The notes beneath the pieces were generated by a model. That model had not been told where the DNA came from. It saw only the letters and a program-made list of their open reading frames with translations, and searched no databases. The position numbers and the translations under genes were made by a program. 64,000 nt of DNA from an uncultured bacterium. Its GTDB lineage: Bacteria; Patescibacteriota; CPR2; UBA1875; CAIMLA01. The first letter of the stretch is position 1, and each line of letters opens with the position of its first letter. Below, piece after piece: positions 49,694 through 63,485 of this stretch. The stretch spans positions 1,563 through 65,562 of the forward strand of contig CAIMLA010000043.1 in assembly GCA_903842085.1 (NCBI GenBank), read 5' to 3'.

Positions 49694-50296
49694 ATGGAAG
49701 AAAAAAATCAAGTTTTAATCCCGAGTGTTATTGAGCGAACGAATCTGGGCGAGAGAGTCTATGATATATATTCAAGGTTGTTAGAAGATAGGATTGTTTT
49801 TTTAGGGATGCCGATCGACGATATTGCTGCAAACACGGTTATTGCTCAATTGTTGTTTCTTGAACATACTGATAGCAAAAAAGACATTACAATGTATGTT
49901 AATAGTCCAGGAGGTAATGTGACAAGTGCGATGGCGATCTATGACACTATTCAATATGTCAAACCTGATGTTTCGACAGTCTGTGTTGGCATGGCAGCAA
50001 GTGCGGCTGCCTTGATCTTGACCTCTGGAGCGAAAAATAAACGTTTTGCGCTACCGAATACAAAAATTATGATTCATCAACCCATCGTGACTGGAATGGA
50101 AGGCCAAGCGACTGACATTGAAATACATGCAAAAGAATTACTGCGAACAAAAAAGCAATTAAATGAAATTCTATCTAAGCATACTGGTCAAAAAATAGAT
50201 AAAATAAATACTGATGTTGAAAGAGATTTTTTCATGACGGCCAAAGAGGCTAAAGCATATGGCATTATTGATACTATTATTGAGAGCAAAAAATAA
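49694..50296 (+). CDS. clpP: ATP-dependent Clp protease proteolytic subunit
   Basis: [19 protein letters not shown], the active-site context GMAASAAA, and IMIHQP. The ATG at 49694 follows GAGGAG; the track's upstream start is unlikely. Confidence 0.93.
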   Translation: MEEKNQVLIPSVIERTNLGERVYDIYSRLLEDRIVFLGMPIDDIAANTVIAQLLFLEHTDSKKDITMYVNSPGGNVTSAMAIYDTIQYVKPDVSTVCVGMAASAAALILTSGAKNKRFALPNTKIMIHQPIVTGMEGQATDIEIHAKELLRTKKQLNEILSKHTGQKIDKINTDVERDFFMTAKEAKAYGIIDTIIESKK

Positions 50297-50299
50297 ATG

Positions 50300-50328
50300 T
50301 TGACAAAATGAACAAATTAATGTAAATT
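50300..50328 (+). promoter_or_regulatory. Promoter candidate upstream of rpoB (TTGACA-17 nt-TAAATT, with TG upstream of the -10)
   Basis: The -35 is at 50300-50305 and the -10 at 50323-50328, with TG at 50321-50322. The leader to rpoB would be about 140 nt. Confidence 0.45.
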
Positions 50329-50475
50329 TGTGAGTACGACTTTATTGGAAGATTGATAAACATTAATTTTTCGAGAAGCTCTAAAGATAAGCTGAAAAGC
50401 TAGATCAGAAAAATGTGAATAGGAAACTCCTCAAAGAGTAATATTTTTTAATTAATATAAGGAGCGGGTATTTTT

Positions 50476-53400
50476 ATGGCCAAAGAAAAAATTCCTTTCG
50501 TTGCCACGACCAGAGCCGGTCGAAAGTACTTAAATAAATCACCGAACTCACTAGTTCTACCTAATCTAATCGAAGTCCAGACCCAAAGTTTTGATTGGTT
50601 TATCAAGGATGGCTTGCAAGAGCTGTTTGATGAACTTTTCCCAATTGTAGATTACACTGGGAAGATTATGTCATTGGATGTCAAGGATTATTGGTTAGGA
50701 GAGGCTAAATATACAGAAAAAGTCGCTAAAGACAAAAAAGTATCTTACGAAGCTCCACTTAAAGCAAATGTCGAACTAACAAACGTTGAAACTGGAAAGA
50801 AAAAAATCCAAGAAGTTTTTTTGGGCGATATGCCCGTCATGACTGCTCGAGGAACCTTTATCATTAATGGGGTTGAACGAGTTGTGGTTTCACAGTTAAT
50901 CAGATCGCCAGGAGTTTTCTTCAATTCTGACACTTCGGGAAGTCGAGAACTTTTTGGTGCAAAAATCATTCCAGGGAGAGGGGCCTGGCTTGAGATTGAG
51001 ACCTCGGCCCAGAATGTCTTATATGCCAAGATCGATCGAAAAAGAAAAATTCCTATCACAACCTTGCTCCGAACGTTTGGTTTCTCTACAAACGAACAAA
51101 TCATCAATCTTTTTAAGGATGTTAACACTGATCCTGATCGGGATTATATTAAAAATGCTCTCGAGAAAGATCCTTCCGTAACTGCTGGAGAGGCCTTTGT
51201 TGAGGTCTATAAAAGAATAAGGCCTGGAGATCTAGCGACGGTTGAGAATGCTCAAAGCTATATCGAAGGTTTGTTTTTTGATATTAAAAAATATGATTTA
51301 TCGAGGGTTGGACGATACAAGATGAATAAACGTCTTGACCTTGAAGTCAAAAATGTTCGAGCAAATTATATTCTAAGGCCAGAAGATCTTATCGAAATAA
51401 TCAAAGAAGTGATTCGCCTCAATAATGGCAATGGCGTCGCTGACGATATTGACAACTTAGGCAATCGCCGCGTGAAAACAGTCGGAGAGCTTCTACAAAA
51501 TAAGTTCCGAATGGGGCTGTTGAGAGTGGAGAGAATAATCAGAGACAGAATGAGCACAAATGATCCTAACATTGTTTCTGCTAGTCAGCTGATCAATGTC
51601 CGTCCAATTGTCGCCGCGGTCAGAGAATTTTTTGCCAGTTCACAGTTATCACAATTTATGGACCAAACGAATCCTTTAAGCGAGCTGGCGCACAAACGAA
51701 AATTAAGTGCTATGGGACCAGGAGGCTTGACTAGGGAGAGAGCCGGCTTTGAAGTTCGTGATGTTCACAAAACCCATTATGGACGAATCTGTCCGATCGA
51801 AACCCCAGAAGGTCCAAATATTGGCCTGGTTAGTTCCTTATCTTCATTTTCAAGAATCAATGAATATGGCTTTATCGAGACACCATATCGAAAAGTCTTA
51901 AATAAAGTCAAAAATGACGGCAAGTCAGCCGTTGGTTACAAAGCCCTTAAAGATATCACTGACAGCAAAGAAAAAGTCTTGGTTAAGGCTGGCGTTAAAA
52001 TAGCGGCAACGGTCGCTAAAAGCGCTGCCGATAATGGTGATGATTATCTTTTAATTGAGCCAATAGCGACCAAGGAAATAGTCTACCAAACTGCCGATGA
52101 AGAAAGTCGGTTTATTATTGCTCAGGCAAAAACTGCGGTTGACGAAGAAGGAAACTTCTTAACCGACTTTGCCATTGCTAGACGAAAAGGTGAGGCAGAT
52201 GAAGTTTCAATTAGTGAGATTGACTATATTGACGTTGCCACGGAGCAACCAGTGGGAATTTCAGCCTCTTTGATTCCCTTCCTTGAACATGACGATGCGA
52301 AACGGGCCTTAATGGGTTCTAATATGCAACGTCAAGCGGTCCCTTTAATAAGGCCGGAAGCACCCTTGGTCGGGACCGGGGTAGAAGCTAAGGTTGCTGA
52401 AGACACAGGCCAAACCGTTGTCGCAAAAAAAGATGGGGAAGTAACATCTGTTACTGCCAATCAACTGATCGTGAAATACAAAGATGGTAAAGATGAAATA
52501 CATCTGCTCCATAAATTTGAACAATCAAACACAGACACTTGTATCAACCAAAAAACCGTCGTTGACAAAGGCCAGAAATTTAAAAAAGGAGACCTTCTTG
52601 TCGATGGAGCAGCGATGGAACTAGGCGAAGTTGCTCTGGGCCAAAACGTAGTGGCCGCTTTTATGTGTATGGAAGGGGGAACCTTCGAGGATGCTATCAT
52701 TATCTCTGAAAGACTGGTCAAAGATGATCGCTATACCTCTATTCACTTAGAAGAATTTCCAGTAGATGTTCGTGATACAAAATTAGGACCTGAAATTATT
52801 ACGAGAGATATCCCCAATGTTGGTGAGGAAGCATTAAAAGATTTGGATGAAGGTGGGATCGTCCGCATCGGCGCCGAAGTTGTGGCCGGAGATATCTTAG
52901 TTGGAAAGATTACGCCAAAAGGGGAGACCGAGCTAACCGCCGAAGAAAGATTACTCCGAGCGATCTTTGGTGAAAAAGCGAGAGACGTCAAAGACAGTTC
53001 TCTAAGGGTTTCGCCAGGCGTTCACGGCAAAGTTATTGAGATTAAGATAAAGAGTCGAGATAAAGGTGACGAATTGCCAGTCGGGGTTATCAGGCAAGTC
53101 TTTGTTACAATCGCTCAAATGAGAAAAATCGCGGTTGGGGATAAGATGGCTGGAAGGCATGGTAACAAGGGCGTTATCGCCAGTGTTTTACCAGAAGAAG
53201 AGATGCCTTACTTAGAAGACGGCCGACCTGTCGATATTATCCTAAATCCAATGGGGGTAATCTCTAGAATGAATTTCGGACAAGTCTTAGAAACCCATCT
53301 TGGTTGGGCCGCTAAAGCCCTTGGTCTTAAAATAGCGACGCCAGTATTTGATGGGGTCACAATAGAACAAATTAAAGGCTTGTTAAAAGAAGCAGGACTG

Positions 53401-54003
53401 CCAGAAGATGGTCGAGTCCAGCTCTATGATGGAAGATCAGGAGAACCATTTACAGAACGAACCGTCGTTGGTGTTAAATATATGTTGAAACTTCTTCATC
53501 TAGTCGAAGATAAGATACATGCCAGATCGATCGGACCATACGCGATGGTCACACAACAACCCTTGGGTGGTAAAGCCCAATTTGGTGGACAGAGATTTGG
53601 GGAGATGGAAGTGTGGGCTTTGGAAGCCTATGGGGCCGCTCATATTTTACAGGAAGTCTTAACGATTAAATCGGATGATGTTGTCGGACGATCAAAAGCC
53701 TACGAATCAGTCATTAAGGGCGAAGATATCAAAGAACCGCGCATTCCAGAATCGTTTAATGTCCTAGTAAAAGAACTCCAAGGCCTTGGTCTGGCTGTTG
53801 AATTAGTCCAAGAAGAAGGAGACAAGATAAAGGAGATTGAGGCAGAAGAGATAATCGAAGAAATTTACGAAGAAAACATAGAAGCCTTGAAGAACACAGA
53901 CTTAATCGTCGGGAACGAAGCCGAAAAGAAACTTCCCATGGTCGACATCACTGACGAAGAAGCAAAAGATGATTTTGAAATTTTGGAAAAAGTTGATGAA
54001 TAA
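50476..54003 (+). CDS. rpoB: DNA-directed RNA polymerase subunit beta
   Basis: 1175 aa with canonical beta motifs (GRHGNKGV, NPLGVxSRMN-like [32 protein letters not shown]). Confidence 0.98.
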   Translation: MAKEKIPFVATTRAGRKYLNKSPNSLVLPNLIEVQTQSFDWFIKDGLQELFDELFPIVDYTGKIMSLDVKDYWLGEAKYTEKVAKDKKVSYEAPLKANVELTNVETGKKKIQEVFLGDMPVMTARGTFIINGVERVVVSQLIRSPGVFFNSDTSGSRELFGAKIIPGRGAWLEIETSAQNVLYAKIDRKRKIPITTLLRTFGFSTNEQIINLFKDVNTDPDRDYIKNALEKDPSVTAGEAFVEVYKRIRPGDLATVENAQSYIEGLFFDIKKYDLSRVGRYKMNKRLDLEVKNVRANYILRPEDLIEIIKEVIRLNNGNGVADDIDNLGNRRVKTVGELLQNKFRMGLLRVERIIRDRMSTNDPNIVSASQLINVRPIVAAVREFFASSQLSQFMDQTNPLSELAHKRKLSAMGPGGLTRERAGFEVRDVHKTHYGRICPIETPEGPNIGLVSSLSSFSRINEYGFIETPYRKVLNKVKNDGKSAVGYKALKDITDSKEKVLVKAGVKIAATVAKSAADNGDDYLLIEPIATKEIVYQTADEESRFIIAQAKTAVDEEGNFLTDFAIARRKGEADEVSISEIDYIDVATEQPVGISASLIPFLEHDDAKRALMGSNMQRQAVPLIRPEAPLVGTGVEAKVAEDTGQTVVAKKDGEVTSVTANQLIVKYKDGKDEIHLLHKFEQSNTDTCINQKTVVDKGQKFKKGDLLVDGAAMELGEVALGQNVVAAFMCMEGGTFEDAIIISERLVKDDRYTSIHLEEFPVDVRDTKLGPEIITRDIPNVGEEALKDLDEGGIVRIGAEVVAGDILVGKITPKGETELTAEERLLRAIFGEKARDVKDSSLRVSPGVHGKVIEIKIKSRDKGDELPVGVIRQVFVTIAQMRKIAVGDKMAGRHGNKGVIASVLPEEEMPYLEDGRPVDIILNPMGVISRMNFGQVLETHLGWAAKALGLKIATPVFDGVTIEQIKGLLKEAGLPEDGRVQLYDGRSGEPFTERTVVGVKYMLKLLHLVEDKIHARSIGPYAMVTQQPLGGKAQFGGQRFGEMEVWALEAYGAAHILQEVLTIKSDDVVGRSKAYESVIKGEDIKEPRIPESFNVLVKELQGLGLAVELVQEEGDKIKEIEAEEIIEEIYEENIEALKNTDLIVGNEAEKKLPMVDITDEEAKDDFEILEKVDE

Positions 54004-54015
54004 AAGAGGTGCAAA

Positions 54016-57000
54016 GTGATAATAAACGAGACAAAAAACGATAATTTCCAAGCCGTCAAATTGATGGTTGCTTCCCCGGAGCATATCTTGCAATGGTCAC
54101 GAGGAGAAATTACCAAACCTGAAACTATAAACTATAGAACCCTCAAACCGGAAAAAGATGGTTTATTTTGCGAAAGAATCTTCGGCCCGTCGAGAGACTG
54201 GGAATGCTATTGCGGTAAATATAAACGAATTAGGTATAAGGGCGTTGTGTGTGAGCGTTGCGGGGTAGAAGTAACCCGATCTATTGTTAGAAGAGAAAGA
54301 ATGGGTCATATTAAATTATCTGTACCGGTCACTCATATTTGGTTTTTACGAGGCACTCCAAGCTCGATTGGACTAACTTTAAATTTATCAGTTCGTGATC
54401 TTGAAAAAGTGGTTTATTTTGCAAATTTTGTTGTTTTAGACGTGAACGAAGAAGCAAAAGCAAATGCTCTAAAACAAATTAACGAAGAGTTCAAAAAGAG
54501 AAAAACTGAGCTTGAAAACAAGACCCAAGATCAAGCGGAGCTTCTGACAATGGTTGAGGACCTAGAGCAATATCGAGATAGTGCTCATGAAGAATTAAAT
54601 CAACTCCAAGTCATGGAAATAATTTCAGAATCACGTTTTCGAGAGCTATCGATGAAATATGGGGAAGTCTTCCGTGCCGGAATTGGTGCAGAAGCGATCC
54701 AAGAACTTTTAACTAAAATCGACCTCGATTCATTAGCAAAAACCTTAAAATATGAAGTTGATAACTCACAAGGAGTCAAACGGAAAAAGTCACTCAAAAG
54801 GTTGAAGCTAATCGAGGGCTTTGTTAATGCCAAGATCCGTCCTGAATGGATGATTTTAACGGTTTTACCAGTCATTCCACCAGATCTAAGACCGATGGTT
54901 CAACTTGATGGTGGTCGTTTTGCTACCTCAGACTTAAATGATTTATACCGTCGGGTCATCAATCGAAATAATCGTCTTAAGAGATTATTAGATATGGATG
55001 CGCCAGAGGTTATCTGTCGGAATGAAAAGCGAATGTTACAAGAAGCCGTCGATGCTTTGATCGATAATGGGGCCAGAAGAGACAAAAATGTCGCGACTGC
55101 AACCTCTCGAAGAAAACTCCGTTCTCTGGCTGATATGTTAAAAGGGAAACAGGGCCGATTTAGGCAGAATCTATTAGGAAAACGTGTTGATTATTCGGGC
55201 AGGTCAGTGATTGTGGTCGGGCCGGAATTAAAGCTACATGAATGTGGTTTGCCTAAAATGATGGCGCTAGAACTCTTCAAGCCGTTTGTCATGTCAAAAT
55301 TAATTGTTGGTGGCTTTGCTCATAACGTCAAAAGTGCGAGCCGAATGATAGAACGGAGTAAAAACGAAGTCTGGGATGCCCTCGACGAAGTAATCACCGA
55401 TAAATACGTTTTATTAAATCGAGCACCAACTTTACATCGACTCGGAATTCAAGCTTTTAAACCTGTCTTAATCGAAGGTAAAGCGATCCAAATTCATCCT
55501 TTAGTCTGCGCTGCCTTTAATGCTGACTTTGACGGAGATCAAATGGCCGTTCATGTGCCTTTATCGCAAGCGGCCCAAAAAGAAGCCAAGGAAATAATGC
55601 TTTCAACCAATAATCTCCTCAAGCCAGCCGCTGGGGAGCCAGTCGTAAAGCCAAGTCAGGATATGGTTCTTGGAATCTATTGGATGACGATTGCCGAAGA
55701 ATCAGATCCTAAAGAGCTTAAATCATATAGTGATAAAGAAGAAGCGATTACAGCCTACGATGATCGTCAATTATCATTAAGAAAAATTATCAGGATTAAG
55801 GTCAATGAGGACTTTATCGAAACAACAGTCGGTCGTTTGATCTTTAATGATATTATGCCAAAAGAGATCGGTTATATTAACGAGGCTCTAGATTCAAAGA
55901 AGCTTAGTCAGATCGTCGATCGTGTCTACAAAATTTGTGGTCAGGAAGCGACGGTTACTCTTGTAGATCAAATCAAATTACTAGGGTTTCGCTATTCGAC
56001 AAAATCAGGGCTTTCATTTTCTATGGACGATCTAGAGATACCCGCAGATAAAAAGCAAACCTTAAAAGAGTTTGAAGAAAAAGAAAACCATATCCATCAA
56101 CAGTACTTCCAAGGGCTTATTACCGAAGAGGAAAAGACGACCAAGGTTATTGAGATTTGGACTGAAGCTCGAGAAAAGCTGCAAAAAGATATGGAAATAC
56201 AAATGGATCATAACGGTAGCTCATATCTAATGATGGCTTCTGGGGCTAGAGGAAAAATGGGTCAATTTTCGCAGATGGCCGGGATGAAAGGCTTAGTCGT
56301 GAATGCTGTCGGGCGTATTATTGAGCTTCCAATCAAGTCTAACTTTAAAGAAGGCTTGTCTTCGCTAGAATTTTTCATCTCAACTCATGGGGCGAGAAAG
56401 GGGCTATCGGATACAGCCTTGAAAACTTCAGATTCAGGCTATTTGACTCGACGACTAGTCGATGTTTCCCAAGACGTGATCGTGACCGAAAAAGATTGCG
56501 GCAGTAAAGAATCAGCGGTCATTTCCAGAGCAGAATCTAAAATGATCGGTGAAGATTTTTCTTTCAGAATCAAAGGCCGGGTTTTGGCCAAAAATGTCGT
56601 TAACGACAAAAATGGGGAAATTGTGGCCAAGAAGGGCACAATGATTGACGATGAGATTTTTGCGAAGATAGACAATGCCAATATTGACGAAGTCTTTATC
56701 CGCTCTGTCTCTGGCTGTCATTCAACCTGGGGTATTTGTCAACAGTGTTATGGGGTTGATTTAGCCAAAGGCTGGTTGATTCATCTTGGTGAAGCTGTCG
56801 GCATTATCGCGGCTCAATCCATTGGTGAGCCTGGAACTCAGTTAACGATGAGAACTTTCCATGCTGGTGGTGTCGCCGGGGCTGATATTACCCAGGGTTT
56901 GCCTAGGGTTGAAGAGCTTTTTGAAGCCAGAACGCCAAAAGGCCAAGCAATCTTATCGGAAATTGAAGGCCGAGTTCATATTGAACGAAACCATGATAAA

Positions 57001-57765
57001 AAAATGTTAGAAGTCATGTCCCTTGAGCTAAATGAAGAAGTCTACGATGCAACCGGGTATGAAATTGAGGTTAAGAACAATAAATTTGTTGAAATCAAAG
57101 ATATCTTAGCCACAAAAGATGGTAAAAAACCAATCAAGGCCAAAAGCGCCGGTACAATTAAAATCAAGGATCATGAAATACACTTGATCAAAGAGGCGGA
57201 CGCAAAGGTCTATGAACTCTCTAATCGGGTTGGACTACTCGTCTCCGATGGGGACACAGTTACTCGTGGTCAGGCTTTAACAGAGGGTTCCTGGAATTTG
57301 GGCGAGGCCTTAAAGCTTTTGGGGGAGCTGGCGATCCAACGTTATATTGTCAAAGAAGTCCAACAAATCTACGCCTCTGAGGGACAAACAATTAATGATA
57401 AGCACATTGAGATTATTATTAGACAAATGTTTAGTCGTTGTCGTATTGACGAAACCAATGATACCCCGTTTGTAGTCGGTGAAATCGTCTCACGAACCGC
57501 TTTGAATCGAGCCAATAAAGCGGCGGTAAAAAAAGGTGGAAAGCCAGCCGATTCAACGAACTTGTTACTCTCGATATCAAAGGTAGCTTTAACAACCGAT
57601 AGCTTTTTATCGGCTGCATCGTTCCAAGAAACCAGTAAAGTTCTGATTGGGGCGGCCGTGGCCGGTAAGGTCGACGACCTTCATGGTTTAAAAGAAAACG
57701 TAATTATTGGTAAACTTATCCCAGCTGGCACAGGTTTTAAAGAAACCTTGACGGAAAAGGAATAA
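54016..57765 (+). CDS. rpoC: DNA-directed RNA polymerase subunit beta'
   Basis: A zinc-binding CYCGKY...CERCGVEV and the catalytic NADFDGDQM. 1249 aa. Confidence 0.98.
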   Translation: MIINETKNDNFQAVKLMVASPEHILQWSRGEITKPETINYRTLKPEKDGLFCERIFGPSRDWECYCGKYKRIRYKGVVCERCGVEVTRSIVRRERMGHIKLSVPVTHIWFLRGTPSSIGLTLNLSVRDLEKVVYFANFVVLDVNEEAKANALKQINEEFKKRKTELENKTQDQAELLTMVEDLEQYRDSAHEELNQLQVMEIISESRFRELSMKYGEVFRAGIGAEAIQELLTKIDLDSLAKTLKYEVDNSQGVKRKKSLKRLKLIEGFVNAKIRPEWMILTVLPVIPPDLRPMVQLDGGRFATSDLNDLYRRVINRNNRLKRLLDMDAPEVICRNEKRMLQEAVDALIDNGARRDKNVATATSRRKLRSLADMLKGKQGRFRQNLLGKRVDYSGRSVIVVGPELKLHECGLPKMMALELFKPFVMSKLIVGGFAHNVKSASRMIERSKNEVWDALDEVITDKYVLLNRAPTLHRLGIQAFKPVLIEGKAIQIHPLVCAAFNADFDGDQMAVHVPLSQAAQKEAKEIMLSTNNLLKPAAGEPVVKPSQDMVLGIYWMTIAEESDPKELKSYSDKEEAITAYDDRQLSLRKIIRIKVNEDFIETTVGRLIFNDIMPKEIGYINEALDSKKLSQIVDRVYKICGQEATVTLVDQIKLLGFRYSTKSGLSFSMDDLEIPADKKQTLKEFEEKENHIHQQYFQGLITEEEKTTKVIEIWTEAREKLQKDMEIQMDHNGSSYLMMASGARGKMGQFSQMAGMKGLVVNAVGRIIELPIKSNFKEGLSSLEFFISTHGARKGLSDTALKTSDSGYLTRRLVDVSQDVIVTEKDCGSKESAVISRAESKMIGEDFSFRIKGRVLAKNVVNDKNGEIVAKKGTMIDDEIFAKIDNANIDEVFIRSVSGCHSTWGICQQCYGVDLAKGWLIHLGEAVGIIAAQSIGEPGTQLTMRTFHAGGVAGADITQGLPRVEELFEARTPKGQAILSEIEGRVHIERNHDKKMLEVMSLELNEEVYDATGYEIEVKNNKFVEIKDILATKDGKKPIKAKSAGTIKIKDHEIHLIKEADAKVYELSNRVGLLVSDGDTVTRGQALTEGSWNLGEALKLLGELAIQRYIVKEVQQIYASEGQTINDKHIEIIIRQMFSRCRIDETNDTPFVVGEIVSRTALNRANKAAVKKGGKPADSTNLLLSISKVALTTDSFLSAASFQETSKVLIGAAVAGKVDDLHGLKENVIIGKLIPAGTGFKETLTEKE

Positions 57766-57798
57766 GTTGCTAAAATTCTTAGGATTTAAAGGAGAAAA

Positions 57799-58206
57799 AT
57801 GCCCACAATTAATCAATTAATCAAAAACCCGCGAAAGACAACAGTTAAAAAATCTAAGTCTCCAGCTTTGCAAAAAGGCTACAACGCGCTGAAAAATAAA
57901 GTGGTTCCGGCTGCCAGCCCTCAAAAAAGAGGGGTCTGCGTGAAAGTAACGACTCAAACGCCGAAGAAACCGAACTCAGCTTTACGAAAGATTGCCCGGG
58001 TTAGACTCTCAAATCAAATGGAAGTTACCGCCTATATTCCCGGGACAGGACATAACTTACAGGAACATAGCGTTGTTACGATTAGGGGCGGCAGGGTAAA
58101 AGATTTACCTGGGGTTCGTTATCATATCGTTCGAGGATCGCTCGATACCAGTGGTGTTGCAAATCGGAAACAAGGTCGAAGCAGATATGGAGCTAAAAAA
58201 AGTTAA
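57799..58206 (+). CDS. rpsL: 30S ribosomal protein S12
   Basis: PTINQLI and [10 protein letters not shown] are canonical S12. Confidence 0.98.
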   Translation: MPTINQLIKNPRKTTVKKSKSPALQKGYNALKNKVVPAASPQKRGVCVKVTTQTPKKPNSALRKIARVRLSNQMEVTAYIPGTGHNLQEHSVVTIRGGRVKDLPGVRYHIVRGSLDTSGVANRKQGRSRYGAKKS

Positions 58207-58215
58207 GGAGAATAA

Positions 58216-58692
58216 ATGCCAAGAGATCCTAGAAAAGTTGCCAAGAGAAAACTAGACCCAGATATGAAATACCAAAGTATCTTGGTCACAAAATTTATAA
58301 ATAAAATTATGCTAGATGGCAAAAAAGCCTTAGCCACAAATCTTGTCTATGGTGCTTTTGAACAAATCGAAAAAGATACTGGAAAACCAGCTCTAGAAAT
58401 TTTCGAACAAGCGATAAAAAATGTTTCGCCAGTTCTGCAAGTTAAATCACGCAGAATTGGTGGCGCCAATTATCAAGTCCCAATGGAAGTCAAAGGACAA
58501 AGACGACTTCACTACGGATTCGTCTGGATTAGAGAAGCGGCGAGAAGCCGTTCCGGCGTCTCTTATGATAAGGCCTTAGCCCAAGAAATCATTGATGCTT
58601 ATAAAAATACTGGTACCGCCATCAAGAAAAGAGAAGAGACACACAAGATGGCAGAGGCGAACAAAGCCTTTGCTCACTTTGCTCGGTACTAA
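58216..58692 (+). CDS. rpsG: 30S ribosomal protein S7
   Basis: KFINKIMLDGKK and VKSRRIGGANYQVP are canonical S7. Confidence 0.98.
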   Translation: MPRDPRKVAKRKLDPDMKYQSILVTKFINKIMLDGKKALATNLVYGAFEQIEKDTGKPALEIFEQAIKNVSPVLQVKSRRIGGANYQVPMEVKGQRRLHYGFVWIREAARSRSGVSYDKALAQEIIDAYKNTGTAIKKREETHKMAEANKAFAHFARY

Positions 58693-58745
58693 AAAACAGG
58701 GAAAATAAAAAAGAAATGATCTTTTAGATTTGGAAAGAGGAATAA

Positions 58746-60845
58746 ATGGCGCGAGAATACAGCTTAGAAAAAACTAGAAATATCGGGACAATCGCTCACA
58801 TTGATGCGGGCAAAACAACGGTTACCGAGGGTATTTTGTATATTACTGGACGAGTCCACAAAATTGGTGAGGTCCACGAAGGTGAAGCCACGATGGATTG
58901 GATGGAACAGGAGCGAGAAAGAGGCATTACTATTACTTCAGCCGCGACCACTTGTTTTTGGAATAATCACCGGATTAACATTATTGATACACCAGGACAT
59001 GTTGATTTTACGGTTGAGGTTGAACGATCATTAAGGGTTTTGGACGGCGCTGTTGTTATCTTAGACGGGAAAATGGGCGTTGAGCCACAGAGTGAAACCG
59101 TCTGGCGCCAAGCCGATAAATATAATGTTCCTCGAATGTTTTTTGCAAATAAGATAAATCAAACCGGTGGCGATTTTTACAAAAGTCTTGCGTCAGTCCG
59201 GGAGCGATTATCTAAAAATGCCTATCCAATCCAATTACCGATTGGGTTTGAGCAAAGCATGTCTGGGGCGGTTGATCTAGTTGAAATGAAAGCCTATAAA
59301 TATAAAGAATATACTGATAAAAAACTAGAAGAAACCGAGATCCCAGCAGACATGCTTGATAAAGTCAAAAAATACCGTGAAGAATTAATCGAAAAAGTCG
59401 TCGAGTACGACGATGACGCGATGGAAAAATATCTAGCTGGAGAAGAACTCTCAGTCCCAGAGTTAAAAAAATTAATTCGTAAAGCCACCGTTTCAGGTGA
59501 ATTCTTCCCCTTATTAGGCGGAGATGGTCGAGGCGTGGTTGTCTCTTTACTTGTTGATGCGATTATTGATTACTTGCCATCACCACTTGAGGCTAAACCA
59601 GCGATGGCCACTGATCCAAAAACAGGCGAAGAGATAGAGATTAAGGCGAATGATGAAGAGCCTTTTGCGGCTCTTGCTTTCAAAGTTGCGGCAGACCCCT
59701 TTGTTGGGAAATTAATCTTTTTTAGAACCTATCGAGGGACTCTAAAAAAAGGTTCATATATCATTAATGCGACGACCGGCAATAAAGAAAGAATCGGACG
59801 AATCGTCCGATTACATTCAAATCATCGTGAAGAAGTTGAAGAAGTCTTTTCTGGTGAAATTGCGGCTGCGGTTGGTCTTGGGAAAACAACAACCGGTGAT
59901 ACTTTATGTGACGTAAATAATGTGGTCGTTTTAGAAAATATCGTTTTCCCAGAACCAGTTATCGAGATTGCGATTGAACCGAAGACAAAGGCCGACCAAG
60001 AAAAAATGGGATTAGCTCTTTCCAGATTAGCCGAAGAGGACCCAACTTTTAGAGTTAAAACTGATGATGAAACCAGCCAAACAATCATTTCTGGAATGGG
60101 GGAATTACACTTAGATATCATCGTTGATCGGATGAAGAGAGAATTTAAAGTTGAAGCTAATATTGGTAAACCACAAGTTGCTTATAGAGAAACGATTAAG
60201 TCTAAAGTTCAACAGGAAGGTAAATTTATTCGACAATCTGGTGGTCGTGGACAATATGGCCATGTTTGGCTTGAAATCGAACCTCAAGAAAAAGGTCTTG
60301 GTTATGAATTTATAAACAAGATTGTTGGTGGCTCAATTCCAAGAGAATATATCAATCCAGTCGAAAACGGCATTAAAGAAGCAATGGCAAATGGCGTTAT
60401 CGCCGGCTATCCGGTCGTCGATGTCAAAATAACCCTATATGATGGCTCATTCCATGAAGTTGATTCTTCGGAAATGGCCTTCAAAATCGCTGGTTCAATC
60501 GCCTTCCAAGAGGGAGTGCGAAAGGCCAAAGCGATCATCTTAGAACCGATTATGAAAGTTGAAGCCACGGTCCCAGAAGAATATATGGGTGATATTATGG
60601 GAGACCTAAATTCCAAACGAGGCCGAATTCAGCAAATGTCTGATCGAGGGAATGCCAAAGTGGTTGATGCTCTAGTCCCACTAGCTGAGATGTTTGGGTA
60701 TGCAACCAACCTACGTTCGATGACTCAAGGACGAGGTAACTACACGATGGAATTTGACCATTATGAAGAAGTACCAAGGAATGTCGCAGAAGAAATAATT
60801 GCCAAAAGAGGCAAGAAGCCAGTAGAAGCAGATGAAAAGTCATAA
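58746..60845 (+). CDS. fusA: Elongation factor G
   Basis: G-domain [17 protein letters not shown] and all five EF-G domains. 699 aa. Confidence 0.98.
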   Translation: MAREYSLEKTRNIGTIAHIDAGKTTVTEGILYITGRVHKIGEVHEGEATMDWMEQERERGITITSAATTCFWNNHRINIIDTPGHVDFTVEVERSLRVLDGAVVILDGKMGVEPQSETVWRQADKYNVPRMFFANKINQTGGDFYKSLASVRERLSKNAYPIQLPIGFEQSMSGAVDLVEMKAYKYKEYTDKKLEETEIPADMLDKVKKYREELIEKVVEYDDDAMEKYLAGEELSVPELKKLIRKATVSGEFFPLLGGDGRGVVVSLLVDAIIDYLPSPLEAKPAMATDPKTGEEIEIKANDEEPFAALAFKVAADPFVGKLIFFRTYRGTLKKGSYIINATTGNKERIGRIVRLHSNHREEVEEVFSGEIAAAVGLGKTTTGDTLCDVNNVVVLENIVFPEPVIEIAIEPKTKADQEKMGLALSRLAEEDPTFRVKTDDETSQTIISGMGELHLDIIVDRMKREFKVEANIGKPQVAYRETIKSKVQQEGKFIRQSGGRGQYGHVWLEIEPQEKGLGYEFINKIVGGSIPREYINPVENGIKEAMANGVIAGYPVVDVKITLYDGSFHEVDSSEMAFKIAGSIAFQEGVRKAKAIILEPIMKVEATVPEEYMGDIMGDLNSKRGRIQQMSDRGNAKVVDALVPLAEMFGYATNLRSMTQGRGNYTMEFDHYEEVPRNVAEEIIAKRGKKPVEADEKS

Positions 60846-61008
60846 AAAACAGTTGCAGAAAAGTGAAAATTATAGTAAATTATGTGAGCGAGAATTAAAT
60901 AGCTAATGATCCACGCGGGTAGGGAGTGTGGGAAAATTTGTTTAGTCAAAAATATTAAAAAATACCGCAAAAAGAGCGGCTCGGCTATTGGCCGAAAAGG
61001 AGAACGAC

Positions 61009-62184
61009 ATGGCAGAAACATTTCAAAGAACTAAGCCACATGTCAATGTAGGAACCATTGGCCACGTTGATCATGGGAAGACAACCTTGACTGCCGCTAT
61101 TCTAAAAGTCCTTGGGGACAAAGGAATGGCTAAAGTTGAGAAATTTGAAGAAATTGATAGTGCACCCGAGGAAAGAGAACGTGGTATTACGATTGCGACT
61201 CATCACTCAGAATATGAGACAGAGAAACGCCATTATGCTCACGTTGACTGTCCAGGACATGCTGATTATGTTAAAAACATGATTACTGGAGCAGCTCAAA
61301 TGGACGGCGCAATCTTGGTTGTTGCAGCTACTGATGGTCCTATGCCTCAAACCAGAGAGCACTTACTCTTAGCTAAACAAGTTGGTGTACCAAAGATTGT
61401 CGTTTATATGAACAAAGTTGATCAGGTCTCTGATCCAGAAATGCTTGATCTAGTAGAAATGGAGATCAGGGAACTTTTGACAAAATATGAATATGACGGC
61501 GATAATGCGCCTATTATCAAAGGGTCTGCACTAAAAGCTTATGAAGGCGATGCAGAAGCCCAAAAATCAATTATGGAACTTTTAGATGCTCTTGATACTT
61601 ATATTCCAGAACCGGTTCGTGATATTTCTAAACCTTTCATGATGGCAGTAGAAGATGTTTTCTCGATCAAGGGACGAGGGACGGTTGCGACTGGTCGTAT
61701 CGAAAAAGGTGTAGTGAAAATTAACGAAGAAATTGAAATCGTTGGGATCAAACCAACCCGAAAAACTGTTGTTACCGGGATTGAAATGTTTAAAAAACAA
61801 CTTGATCAAGGTCAAGCGGGTGATAATGCCGGAGTTTTACTGCGAGGCATAGAAAAAGCAGATATCGAGCGTGGAATGGTTCTTGCAAAACCCGGCTCAA
61901 TTACACCCCATACAGAATTTGATGCAGAAGTATATATTCTAACCAAAGAAGAGGGTGGAAGACATACTCCATTCTTCAAAGGTTATAAACCTCAATTCTA
62001 CATTAGAACAACTGACGTTACCGGTGAGATCACTTTCGACGGCGAAATGATTATGCCTGGTGATCGAGTTAAGATGGGCGTCAAATTGATTCAACCAATT
62101 GCGATCGAAGAAGGATTAAACTTCGCGATTCGTGAAGGTGGTAGAACTGTAGGCTCAGGTATCGTAACAAAGATTAACAAATAA
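61009..62184 (+). CDS. tuf: Elongation factor Tu
   Basis: [27 protein letters not shown] and NKVD. The ATG at 61009 follows AAAGGAG. Confidence 0.98.
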   Translation: MAETFQRTKPHVNVGTIGHVDHGKTTLTAAILKVLGDKGMAKVEKFEEIDSAPEERERGITIATHHSEYETEKRHYAHVDCPGHADYVKNMITGAAQMDGAILVVAATDGPMPQTREHLLLAKQVGVPKIVVYMNKVDQVSDPEMLDLVEMEIRELLTKYEYDGDNAPIIKGSALKAYEGDAEAQKSIMELLDALDTYIPEPVRDISKPFMMAVEDVFSIKGRGTVATGRIEKGVVKINEEIEIVGIKPTRKTVVTGIEMFKKQLDQGQAGDNAGVLLRGIEKADIERGMVLAKPGSITPHTEFDAEVYILTKEEGGRHTPFFKGYKPQFYIRTTDVTGEITFDGEMIMPGDRVKMGVKLIQPIAIEEGLNFAIREGGRTVGSGIVTKINK

Positions 62185-62192
62185 TAATCATA

Positions 62193-62513
62193 ATGGCCGA
62201 AGAAAAAACAAAACAACGAATTAGGATAAAGCTTAAAGCCTATGACCACAAGATCATAGATCAATCTTCGGTTCAGATTATCGAAGCGGCTGAACGTAGT
62301 GGAGCCATCGTTATGGGTCCAATCCCTCTACCAACAGATCGTAGTCCGATTACGGTGTTACGAGCAAGTAATATCGATAAAGATTCTAGGGAGCAGTTTG
62401 AGATGAAAGTTCACAAAAGACTGATCGATATTACAGACTATACTAACAAAACCGTCGATGCTTTAATGAACATCAATCTTCCTGCCGGAGTCGATATCGA
62501 AATCAAAATGTAA
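62193..62513 (+). CDS. rpsJ: 30S ribosomal protein S10
   Basis: [17 protein letters not shown] and VHKRLIDI are canonical S10. Confidence 0.96.
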   Translation: MAEEKTKQRIRIKLKAYDHKIIDQSSVQIIEAAERSGAIVMGPIPLPTDRSPITVLRASNIDKDSREQFEMKVHKRLIDITDYTNKTVDALMNINLPAGVDIEIKM

Positions 62514-62549
62514 AGAGCTTAAAACCTTTTATATTGTACGAACACTTGT

Positions 62550-63134
62550 TTGAATGATAAAACCGCTATTGGGGTCGTGACCGAAAAGATCTCAAACACA
62601 ACTGATCAATACCGAGTCCAATACGAAGGTAAAGCGATCGTCAAAGTCTCTATCGAAAATGGTGCTATCACCGCCGGCGATCTTCTTACGACTTCTGCCA
62701 CTAACCCAGGCACTGTCGTTAAAGCAACTGAGACCTCAACGGTCACTCTTGGCTTAGCCCTAGAATCAATCGCTGTGGATGGGGAAATGGCGATTATGTT
62801 ACGAACTTCGTATGTTACAGCAGCGGGTAACTCTGTTTTGTCTGAAACCCCTGGAGACGTCAAGGTAGCTGGTACTGGCAAACTATATTTTGGTGATGCC
62901 GAGACATATTATTTTTCTTTGAATGGCACTACGCTAGAATTAAATACGGCATTTAAAGCAAGTGGAGATTTTGAAACTTCTGGTTCTTTTTCACTCGGTG
63001 GTGGAATAACTTGGTCAAAGGGGGCTGGCGCGCCGACTGGAACTTGTACAACCGGGAGTATGTACAGTCGGGTTGACGGCTCTGCTGGATCAACACTCTA
63101 TGTTTGCGAAAAGGGCGCTTGGATTGCAAAGTAA
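62550..63134 (+). pseudogene. Beta-rich tail-fibre/surface-protein-like ORF, probably a 5'-truncated remnant
   Basis: It has no ATG, no RBS and no signal peptide; the frame opens at 62523 and the only early start is TTG 62550. The sequence is Gly/Thr/Ser-rich and ends in TGTCTTGSMYSRVDGSAGSTLYVCEKGAWIAK. It occupies the position where rplC is expected. Confidence 0.4.
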
Positions 63135-63485
63135 TTTTCTTAGACACTCTATCGATAGATCTTTTTAATAAGGACGAGGATGACAAAAAGCAGAAATCAA
63201 TTACTATGCTTTTCGACTTTTTTATCTCTGGGAAAAAAACCTAAAAACGGCTCATTTTATCTTTCTAGTCTGACGAGACCTGCAGACGACTGATTGATCG
63301 AGGCAATCGAGGACAGTTCTCCAACTTCTCGGCTCATTGCAGTCGTTCTAAGGATTAAGAGGTGCTATATAGTTTGAGACTATCGAGAGCCAATGAAGGG
63401 CTTATTCTTTTTACCGATACGACTTATTAAGTAATATGGTTAATATAATAATGTATAAAATTGACAGATATGATAAGATTTTTTT

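Noticed and set aside
60846-61008. A 160-nt fusA-tuf spacer with TTGCAG-17-TAAATT
   Set aside because: It is plausibly an internal tuf promoter, as known in other bacteria, but the hexamers are weak. It was noted without being called as a feature.
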